Virus record (IMG/VR): IMGVR_UViG_3300021368_000003
Coordinates: 31,400-95,399 of that record
Strand: one strand, 5' to 3'
Source: a virus
DNA: 64,000 nt
Shown: piece after piece, positions 36,801 to 48,800 of the stretch
How the letters are laid out: the number at the start of each line of letters is the position of its first letter
Position numbering within the stretch: the stretch's first letter is position 1
Translations under genes and position numbers: made by a program
The notes under the pieces: model-generated
What the model saw: the letters and a program-made list of their open reading frames with translations, nothing else
The model's database searches: none
What the model was told of the DNA's origin: nothing

Positions 36801-39800
36801 CTCAGTAGACTCTTGCTCATACTCGAAGCGATACTCAATAGCATCCATCAGAGTATCATCCAGATAACGGAAGTATTCGTTATTTGTACCCCACTCAGCA
36901 GTGTTGTTCTGATCGTAGAGAATACGCTTAGATGCCTCAGAGATGCGTAGCAGATAGAAGATCAAGTGTTGTCTTACAACACCATCATATGCGATGAAGT
37001 TACCTTCGCCATCGAACCAGGAGTTCGCCAGTTTCATGGAACCAGCGTTACCACCAGTGTTGAGGTCATAGATGATTGCATCCATCACCACCTGAGCGAA
37101 GGACTCAGGAGCAGCGGTGCCAGGATACTGTGTAGTCACTTCTGCGAAGGACTTAGCAACGATAGCGTGCTTGTTGAACACCAAGCGACGTGCAGTTGCA
37201 CGATCAGAGAAGGATCCACCACCAAGGGTTTCACTCATCAGATCGAACAGAGTATCAGCAGCAGAGATTACGTTGTAGCAGGTGTACAACTGATAGGTAG
37301 TATTGCTGTTGTAAGGCGTAGTTCTAGTAACAGTGCTGAGGTGAGTCGGCGTAGGTGATCCAGATGCTGCCTTAGCGACAGTATCGATCACGAGGTCAAA
37401 CAGAGTCTCGATAGCAGATGCAGTCTGCTCACAAGTGCTGTTCCAACCACCAGTTGCACCCTCGTCATAGGTAACAGACACGTCACGGTGAACCATGTCG
37501 TTGCTGTACTTGATTGGCCAGATGTTCGGCAGAGACTTGGTGATAGTTCCGTCAGTGATGCTTGCAGGAGTTGCAAGTGTATCATTGACGATATCCATCA
37601 GAGTTCTCATGGTGGATCTTACGTCAGCACATACACCGAAGGTTCCATCGGGAGCACCATCAGCAGTGATGCTGTACTGAGGATCGCTGTATGGGAAGTA
37701 ATCAAGATCACCGTAGAACTTCTGATTGTAAGAATGACCACCTTGCTTAGTGATTGTGTCATTCTGCATCACATCAACAGCAAGATCGAATGCCTTGTTG
37801 AGGATCCAAGTGGTCTCAGTTACCTGCGAGGAAACGTGAGCCACAGCAGCAGACTGAACATAGAGTTCAGCGGCGTGGAAGACTTTGTTGTTACCACCGT
37901 ATTTCAGGTTGAATACCAATGCACTCAGAATGTCAGTAACGTCATGAACACAATCGATGCTACCAGCAGTAGTAACAGCGTTGTCTTCTGCACGTACGAA
38001 CGTATGTGCGTATTGCTCACCAGCAGGAGAAGCACCAACGTTAACCGTGATCGTGGTAGCAGTTACGCCAGTGATTGCGATAGAATCCTCGTAATAAGGA
38101 TCAGTGGTGCGAGGATAGGCGTGCTCAGTAGCATTTCCATCCTTAGTGCAGGTGAACACCAAAGAATGAGGTTGGATGTAGATCTGGTTGCCAGCAACCA
38201 AGGAGTGAGATCCAATGGTCAGTTCCAACACACCCGAAGCAGGAGTATAGGTAGCAGCAGTAGGAGTGAAGTTCACACCACCAGTAGTACCACCGTTGAT
38301 GTTCAGTGAAGGATATTGCTGTTGACCCAGGTAAACTGCTTCCTCAGCAATGAATCGGATGTTTCTATCAATGATGTTAGCAGCATCGATATAGCGGTCG
38401 CGTACAGCATTCTGTTCGTAAGAGCTGGTTTCCACTTCGTCGAAGGATTCACCACCCAGGTCGCCACCACCAGCAGCGCCGTCACCTTCACCAATTTCGT
38501 TGTAAATGTAGATGTTGTCACGTCCGAATCCATTTCTCATGGTCAGGATGCACATTTCCTGTGCAAACTTCATAACCCATTGTGATGCCTCTTCTTCACC
38601 TTCGACGTGGAGGAGAGTATTGTCTTCTGCATTCAGATAGAGTGCAGCAGCATCCCAGGTCTTAGAGTTACCACCCAGACGCATGTCGTGAACGATTGAT
38701 TCGATAATATCAACCACATCATCAACACAGTTCTGACGACCGCCAGGAACCTTGAAGTTGATGAACTTGGACATGTCGTTCATGGTATGAACTGCTTCCC
38801 AAGCGATCACATACTTGTTACGCTCGATCATGTCGGCAGCATCCATGAGGCGATCATGGTTAGGACCAGTACGAGTCTGATCAGGTGCCTGAGGATCAAT
38901 AGTGATCGTGGTGTCACGATACACCTCACGGGTAGTCCAGATTGCAACGTAGTAATCGTCTTGATATCTACCATCAATACCCAAACCAGCAGCAGTAGTA
39001 CCCTGTGTCAACAGAGTATTGTTGATTGCGTGCTTAACGAGTTTTTTGGTGTACTCAAAGGCGTCCAGCATGGCGCTGAGTTCACCTTCAACATGAAGGA
39101 TCTGGTTATCTTGGTTGATATATTGATCCAGGACATATTGGGTAGAAGAGTTACCACCAGTCAGCAGGTCAGTGATGACAGCAGGCAAGATGAACTTCTT
39201 GATGTCTCTGAGACAATATGGTTCGCCATAACCAGGCATCTGCAAGAAGTCAAAAGTACGGATTTCTCCGAGAGGTCCTTGAATTTCAGCAGCATACTTG
39301 TCTTGGATGTATCCGACAACTTCCTCAGCAATGTAATCGCGGTTTTTCCAGATAGCATCACCACCATCACGGAATCTATCGCCAGTTGGGCAAAGGATGT
39401 CAATGATAGTATCGGCAAGAGAACTAATCTCGTTAGTTACCTGGGAAGATGCAGGAGAAGCGAAGTTGTTGGGGATACGAAGGATGTCAGTGTACTTGGC
39501 AGGAACAGTGTCACCATTCTCATCGACCATGGTTCCATAGTTGACCAGATCACCGCTAGTGGTAGTGATTACATAGTTCATAACATCTGCCAGTTCATTC
39601 CATGCGTAGATGGATTGCAGCAGTTCGTTACCAACGTAGTTCAGACCACCAGACTTGGTGAGATATCCTCTACCAGAGATCACGCTGTTGTAGTTACCAC
39701 CGTAACGGATGTCAGCGATGATTGCTTTCAGGATGTACTCTTTGGTATCGCGAATACACTTGTTAGTGCCCTGCTCACTGGTCTCAGTATCACCAGGGAT

Positions 39801-42800
39801 GATGAAGTCAGGATACTTCGCTGCCATCTTACCGACAGCAGTTTCTGAGATCCAATCGAGGTTGAGTTCAAGCATGTCGGCACACTTTCTGTGCTCGTCA
39901 CGCGAGAGGTCAATGTCCTCAATGATAATTTCTTTGGTGTCGTAGTTGACTTTCTTAGCAGTTGCAGCAGAGTTAGTCTGACCAGTATATACAGCAAATG
40001 ATTCCTCAGTGCTGCAAATGATGTCCTGCTCCATATCCATACCGAACAGAACGTTAGCAGTGTTCGTAGGATAAGTTGTACCAGGAGTAAAGGTTCCAGA
40101 ATACAGGGACTCGTTATGAATAATGAAGTTGTCAACATGACCTTGGAAGGTGTTGGTGCCATCCCAACCAGCCATCATTCTGAATGGACGCTCTACATAA
40201 GTGTTGGTGTCAGAGTAATCACCACCAGTTTGTGTACCGTTAACAAATATCTTGGTGATGCCAGTTGTTCTGGTAATTGCAACGTGAGACCATTGATCTT
40301 GTGCCATGTTGTGAGCACCAGAGATATGATCAGTTCCGTTGAGCCAATACTTAATGGAGTTGTTCTCCAAGTAAATCACAGGAGATTGAGTCAGAGTGGC
40401 ACTTTGAGTTCTACTATCGAAGAGATACTTGATACCAGACTGAGGGTTAGTAGAAGGACGCAACCACATTTCAATGGTGAAGTCACCAGTACCAAACTTA
40501 GTCACATTAGACAGTTCATGAGACAGTCCAGTATGAGTCTGGAAGTTCAGTGACTGAGTACCTGCTTTCTTCTGCAACTTAGTCAGAGTGATCGTACCAT
40601 TAGCAGTCAACTTAGAGTTGGTAATGATCTCTCTATCAGTGAAGGTGCCAGTAACAGCGTTAGTGAACAACCACTTCAAACCAGAGTTAGTTCCCTTCGC
40701 CTCAAAGGATGCACCAGAGGACGTGCCTCTAATGGTATCGCCAGGAATGAAGAATCCGTTACCACCACGATCTTTGTAAGCAAGCTTGAATACACGGAGG
40801 TTCTCGTTCTCGTTGTATGTACCATCAGTGATAGGACTGAGGGAGTTGATGCTGTTGAGGTTACCAGCGCCGATTGCAGTTGCTGCAATCTCAACCAGAG
40901 TATGAATACCTGCCTGTACATCAGCACAGTTCTGGATACTTTCGTTGCTACCAGAGGAGTAGTTAGGATCGTAGTATGCTGCCTCAGTACCACCACCAAC
41001 GAAGATGGCGTTATCAACTGCATCGATAAAGGTGTGAGTATAACCACCACCAGTCGATACAGCGTTTGCATTAGCAGATACGAAGGTGTGAGGATACTGC
41101 TGACCAGTTGGAGAAGCACCAACGTTAACAGTAATCGTAGTTGCCGTTACGGCGTTGATAGCAAGAGTTGCACCAGCAGCAGGGTCAGATGCACGAGGAT
41201 ATGTGTGGTTAGAACCATTGTTATCCTGAGTACAAGTGAAGGTCAGTGAATCAGTAGCAATTCTGATGTCATCACCAATTTCCAGCGTGTGGGAACCAAT
41301 GGTAAGTTCCATGGAACCAGTTGCAGGATTGTAGTTCGCACCAGTAGGAGTGAACTGAACCAAAGGAGATGCACCGACGTTAACGTCAATGGTGGTGCTA
41401 GTTACACCAGTGATTTGCAGAGGTGTGTTGAATGCAGGATCACCAGCACGAGGATACTCATGGAACGTAGCACCACCATCCATGGTGCAGGTGAAGTTCA
41501 TCGAGTAAGGTCTGATCGTTACAGAATCAGAAGTCGAGAGACTGTGAGTACCGATACCGATTGTCATCACACCCGTTGATGGGGTGTAAGTGGCAGCCGT
41601 AGGAGTGAACTGTTGCAGAGTTGTGCCAGCAGCACCCAGGTAAGGACCTTGATAAGTCGAAGGATCCTTCAACATGTATCCCAGTTCTGGGGTTCTGGTG
41701 TTGACCTGTACGTAGAGGAGGTTGTTGATAGCACGACGTGCCATCTCGCCTGCCTTTCTAAATGCAGTCAGGGACTCAGCAAGTTCTCCAACCAAACCAT
41801 TGCTGATAGGTGAACCGTTAGTGAAATACTTTCTAGCAAACTCAACAATGTTGTAGTTACCATCATCACTGATGTCATCAGACAGAGCATCGACCATCAG
41901 ACCGATGTCACGACGACACTTAACTTCGTTAGCAGTGTATTGAGTCGGAACTACCTCATCGAGGATGTCAGCAAGGGAACCAGCAAGCAGGATGACAGAG
42001 ATGTTATCGCAGAGAGTTTGCAGCGCAGATTGTACGTCAGCGCAGTTATTAACTCCATAGTTAATGTCATTAGAACCAGCAGTGCCGTAGTTATTACCAG
42101 GAGAAGGATCAGCAGTGATACCAGTTCCAGTAGAACCACCAGCGGTTCTCTCGTTGTAGAAGATGTAAGTAACACCATCGACAACCTCAGATCCATTCAG
42201 GTCATTTCTGAGTGCCTGACGCATCAGTTCAGTTGCCTTATCAAATGCAAACTCAGTAGCAGCTGCTTCGTTGTTTACATACAGGAATTGTGTACCATCA
42301 GTGCTGAAATACTTCTGTGCAAGTTTTCTGGTATATACTGTACCGCCACTATAAACGTCGAATGACAGAGCATCAATGTAGTAACCAATGTCGCGCTTGC
42401 ACTTGTCAGCAGAAGGAACATTCAGAGAAGGATACTCAGCAGTCATCAGAGCATAAGCCTTCGCCTGGATATAATGCTTATTCTTCTGAATCAGACGATA
42501 TGCATCAGCATATCTGGACCAGGCGTCGGTCGCGTTGTCGCCAGGATAATAGAACCCAGGATGCTCAACAGCAATCTCAGCATTAGCAAAGTCAACGATC
42601 TCATCCTTGTTCAGGGCGATCATACGACCAGCGTCTTTCCATCTGTTCTTAGAGTCGGTAACAGTGTTGCCATACTCGAAGGTGATAGAGCGCAGTTCAT
42701 CACCAGCAGCGAGAGTACCACCAGTTAGGTTCTCGTACTCAATCTCAGTAGATCTAACTTCTTCAAAGTCAAGGAAGTCAGCGTTAATTCTCTGATCAGC

Positions 42801-45800
42801 ATCATCAATCAGAGTAGGAGTAATTGTAGTCTTGGAGATATCATCTACAATGACGTTAGCATTAGTAAGAGAGATGAGACGCTCAAATACCAGACCGAAG
42901 AAGGTTGAACCTTTGTTGATGATCAACTGATCAACAACATCACCCAGTCTAACTTCACCAGCAACAACCTCAGTCATGTTGTCGAGGATTCTATCACCAG
43001 TGGTAGAATCAACGGTATATTTTTGGATAGTATCACCATCTTGGAAATCTGCCACAGATCCCTTCAAGTAATACAGGATCGGAGGAGATGCCTCTTGATC
43101 AATTCTTACAACTTCACCACTTGCAGTTCCACCAGGTCCTTGGATCTTGTCACCCTCAGAGAAGGAACTCCAACCCGATTCACCGCCAACAGGACGTACC
43201 AAGTTGATGTTAACAATAGGATCTCTATAAGGAGAAGTGCTTGTAATTCTTGCAGCAATGTTGGAACTTGCAGAATAGATGATATCTTGTAGACCGATAG
43301 CATAGATACCAGTCTCATATTCAGAAGTACCAGAAGTCTTAGAAAGAACCAGTTTGTCATCGATGTTTCCATCCAAATCTTGGTTGGTTTCTTCAATGAT
43401 CGCTTGATCACCATCAAGATTAGTAACAGTCTCACCAAACTCAAAGATGGTCTTATAGTTGACACTATCAACATTCAGAATGTCACCACCATATTGGAGA
43501 CCGAAGAATGTGACTGATTCACCTCTTTCAAAGTAACCATTTGCCATGTCAGTGACATCAATGGTGTAATCAGTTGGGTTGACAGTAAACACAGTTGCAG
43601 TTGCACCACTGGTCTGACCAGTAACTCTTACACCACCAAGTGCGTTCTGAGTAAATGTGCCACCAACGTTTTCAAGGTATAGCTTTGTTACAGAATCGTC
43701 GATACTTCCGATCAGTGCGCTGAATCCAGTTCTACCAACGTCAATACGCTCGTTAAGATCAAAAGGTCCACCTTGGATATCTACAACGTCAATGCTAGTA
43801 GCACCAGTTGCAACAACCTTTGCTCTTGCCTCAGATGTGAAACCATTAACAGTATCACCCAGTTCAGGGAAGATACCACCGATAGTATTCAAGTTGAGTC
43901 GAGTGATCGGCATGATGTCGAACTCAACGTTTCTGTAAACAACCTTAGAGTCGGGCTTAGGAGGTTCAGCAAAGACGATGTTGTTACCAACGATTTGGAA
44001 GGATTCGCCAGGTGCTTGGATCACACCATTCAAGGTGACAACCAACTGGTTATCCTTAACGATGAGGTTCTCACCTTCAACTCGAAGTGGGAATTGCTTA
44101 GTAGAACCGTCGAACTGACCAGAGATATCGTCAATCTTCTTAACGATAGAAGTCAGAATTTCCTCAGAGTTAGTCAGTCTCTTCTTACGGAAGAGAACTT
44201 CGGAGTTATTGAAGGTTGAGTAGATCGGTTGAGCAGCACCGAAGGAAGTAATCTGGTTAACGTTGGTGTACTCGTTGATGTTCACCTGCTTAGTGAAACC
44301 AGCAACAACCTTACGTCCAGAGATATCCTTACCACCAGTCAGTTCGAGCTGACCGAACATGTTGAAACCAACAGGGTGGTTGTTTTCAAGAATCTGAGAC
44401 TTCCACTTATTGATAGGAATCTGAGACTTAATAACGTAGGAGAAGTTCTGATAGAAGAAGGAGTCTTGAATCTTCTGAACAATCTCGGAAGGTTTACCGA
44501 TGTCATCGATGAATCTACCAGGAGTCTTGGTCAGAGCATCAATGTTCAGCACACCCTTAGCAATGTTGATGTTATCGATCAGACCAGATGCGCGAGAGAT
44601 AACACCCTGCACCTTACCACCAACAACAAAATCACCACGGGGGTTAGTAACTTTAAGAATCTTAGGTTGAATCTGCCAACCTTCGTTTTCTGATACAACA
44701 CCGAAAGCACTAGCAAGTTCGTAAGACTCACCTTGGAAGAGTTCTTCACCTTCCAGGAAGCGAGAGGTCTCAACCACTGCTTCTGCTTGACCACCAAACA
44801 CCTCGGTGAGTAGCACCTGACGACCATCACCCTGAGTCAAGAAGGTAATAAAGTTACCAGACTCAGCGTCAACTCTGGTCAGTGCAAAGCGAAGTTGGTC
44901 TGCTTCCAGACCATTTACATTACCAGCAATAGCATAGTAAGTCTGAGTAGCAGACAAACTGGTCAAACCAACGCTGCTGGGCTTGGGCAGTATACCAACT
45001 TCACTACCGATATCATCAGCACGGAACTGAACCTCAGCACCAGTGGTAATACCATGAGGGAAGTTGAACTGCAAATAGTTCAAGTCAAGGTTCACAACAT
45101 AGGTGAACTCAGATTTCAGAGTGACAACTGGTTGTGAAGAGTAACCAGCACCAGGATTCTTGATCAGAATCTCAGACAGTCTGTTGTTCTTAACAACTGC
45201 TTCTGCCTCAGCACCAGATCCACCACCACCAGAAATGATGACAGAAGGAGCAGAGGTATATCCAGCACCAGGATTAGTGATCTTGATCTGGGAGAGAATA
45301 GAGGTGTTAAAGAGTTGCAGGTTGATCGGGAATGCAATCTCAGGACGCAGGGTGTAGTCATGGGAGTAACCATAACCAAACTCGTTGTTTTTCAGCGTCT
45401 TGATCTTACCAATCTGTCTACCAGTGAGGAACACAGCAGCACCGCTACCCTCAGCAGGGATAACCACTTCTAGTTCTGCACCAGAACCAGACAATGTGGG
45501 TCCAAGAATACCTTCAATACCATCAACGTCGATACTTGCAGTGGTGTAACCCTTACCAGGATCAGTCAGAGCAACATCAGTAATGGTGCCAGATCCGATC
45601 TCGTCATCAACCTCAACGGTGATTTGCACAAGACCACCTTCACCATCACCCAGGATAGGAACCTGAGTATAGACACCAGATGCATATTCAGTACCACCGT
45701 TGCTGATTCTGACTTTTTCGATCTTACGATCAGATGCAATGTCAGATACAACAGGGAGTTTCTTATAGAATCCACCAGGAGAGATCAGTTTAATCGTGTT

Positions 45801-48800
45801 GATAGGACCGATTGCTTTGACCGAAGTGGTGGAGTAGGAAGAGTTGGGACGATCAAACTCATCTTCACCAATTTCTGCATTGGTAAATTCAGGTTCATGA
45901 AGGAGTTTGAATCTAAACTCAGTATCAGAAATAACTTCGCTGATAGTAAACCTACCATCAAACGGAGTCTTGATCACATCAATAAAGGAGTTGTTACCAA
46001 CAGGAGAGTTGGCACCCAGTCTTGATGGGTCAAAGTAATAAGTGATATTAGTAACCTCACCACCAATGGTGAACTTGACCACAGGTGTCTCAGTTGCAGA
46101 GGACAAACCAGGAGTACCTTCACGTTCAATAACGTTGAAGGAGTATTCCAACTTATACTGGTTGTCCTGAGAGAATGACAGATAATAACCGAAGTTAGAA
46201 GGATCACTCATATCAAAGATATAAGAGTGATTTCTAGTCAGCATCAGAGTTGGGTGCTTAGATGCAATCTTGACACCAGTTACACCAGTTGCAAATCCAG
46301 GATCAGCAGTTGCAGTAGCACGCAGTCTGTAAGTAAAGTCTCTGGAAGAGAATACTTCTTGGACAAAGAACGAACCATTAAACTCACCAGTGTCGAATCC
46401 TTGTACAAACAGGATGTCACCAGCAGTATAGTTATGAGGAGTTACAGCAGTTGCATAGATTAGGTCAGATCTACCTTCACTGGTTCTTATAATGTCCTTA
46501 TCAAGAGTAACAGTCAGTTTGATAGTCTTGACAGTAGTAACACCATTGATATCTGCAATCTTGGCATTATCTTCATTAGGACCAGCAGTAATGCTGCCAC
46601 CCAGAGATACTACGTCTCCGATGATGAAGTCAGAGTCAGAATAGGTATCGATAATAGTTACTCTATACTCTTCTGCTCTGAAAGGTCTGAACCTTGCATA
46701 GTCAGAGAGTGGATCATATGTACTAACGTAGGACCAGGTGACGTTTCCATCAGTGACAGTTCCAGAAGTATGTACAGGAGCAGTGCCACCACTGATACCA
46801 TCAGAAGTTGCTTGATACTTATATCTGCCATAGTATACAAAGTCATTGGTGGAATAGGATCTATTGGTTTCCCACTCATCTACCAAAGGTTGAGGCCAAG
46901 CATAATCCAAGAGATTTACTTGGATGGTTCCAGCAGCACTAATGTAGTTCCAAGTTACAGCACCATCAGTTACAATACCGATCTCATGAGTTGGTGCAGT
47001 AGCACCAGAAGTAGCAGTATTAGTAGCAGCGTAGATCTTACCGTCGCTGTATACCTGATCATTGACGTTATATGCCTTACCTGACACCCATTCGTCCTGA
47101 GGACGAGAAACAGTAAAGTCAATCTCTTCAATCAGGTTTTCTTGACCAGTAGAGTTTCTGAATCTATCAGTATTGTTAAAGTTACCAAAGATCTTACCAA
47201 TCTTATACTCAGTACCATAACCTGGGTTGTTGATAGGACCAACAGGAGTCTCTACAATCGTACCAAACGCTTGGGTGACACCCTGAGCGTTAAATTGCTG
47301 AATAACAGTACCCTTATCAAACTTAACGTCTTGGTTGAAGGTAAACTTCTTAACGTTATCCATCTTAGAGTATGCTGCATCTCTAAGGTAGTATTTTGCA
47401 ATTACATTAGGAGAAATAAGCAGTCTCTTTCCGAGAGGTGAGGGTACAGTAGAAGTCTTAGAAGTGTAAGTCGTAATAGACTCACCGAAAGTGTATGTAC
47501 CGTAATTGAGAGTAGAGGTTACATCAGAGTAATCAAGAATTTGCAGACCAGAAGAACCTTCGTTCCAAACTGTGATAACAGGATTGTTCAGGGTATTAAC
47601 ATTGAGGTTAGTTGCCTCACTGAATACAATACCTTGATTATTAGCAATCTGATAATCACCACGCTTGCTATGGAGACGATCAAACTTGATCATATCCATA
47701 CCAGAGTTCTCAGTATCAATTCTGTAACGCTCAGTGGGAACAGTCAGAGAGGAACCAGTATATACAGCACGCGGTTCTACGATGATGTCATCAACCCAAC
47801 CAATAAAGGAGGTGTTGGTGGCACCAGAAGTAGCATTAGAAAGAACTGCAAGGTCATCCATTGCAACATCTTCTGTTCTGGTGGCAGTACAAACTTGTAC
47901 ACCATCGAAGTATGCAGAATATACAAAGGAACCAAGAGTAGGTTCTTCCTTGACCAGAACAATGTGATGCCATCCCTCAGATGACATTGTGGTGAAGTAG
48001 GTAGAACCCACAGATACCACGGTAGCACCACCACCACCCTGAGGAGTGATATCGAGGATGACTTTACCGAAGTTAGGGTCACCAACAGTACCATTGATAG
48101 AGTAGATAACCTTATCGCCATTATCGGCAATACAGGTGATCATTTCCATCTTAGGATTATTGCTAGCATGGCTGCCAATCATCTTGACCCACATGCCGAC
48201 AGTCCAGTCGTCATTGTTATCAAAGTCAGTCCAATCCAAACGACCTGCTGCTTGCAGTTTTAGTGAAGCAGAACCAAACTTATAGATGGTATCATCTCTG
48301 AGGATGTTAGCACCACCAGTTACAGTGACAGCACTCTTCTTCTGCTTGGTAGCATCGAAGTAAGTATCAGCACTATCGTTGAAACGATATACAGCAGTAG
48401 GAACAGATCTTTGAACGTTGACTGGAACAATAATGTCACCAGAGTTATCAACAGTGTGATTGAAAGCAGTAAATCCGAGACCGTAATCAGTGTCACTATT
48501 AACAGAATCCCAAGCACCACGAATGATGTTGGACTTGTAAAGTAGAGTTCCATTGTACTTAAAGTTGGAAGCAACTACTTGTTGATCATTATCTTCGTAC
48601 TTGATATGGGTAAGAACATTGACATTACCGAATTCATCAAGACTGATACCAGCATGATTGATAGATTCAAATGTAACACTAGGAGCAATAATCTTAGAGA
48701 AGTACCACTCAGGAGCACTGAGAGTAAGTCTGATTTGATCCATCGCAATCTTGAAGAATGCAACACCATAGTGCTTGGTGCCATTCCACATATCACATAC

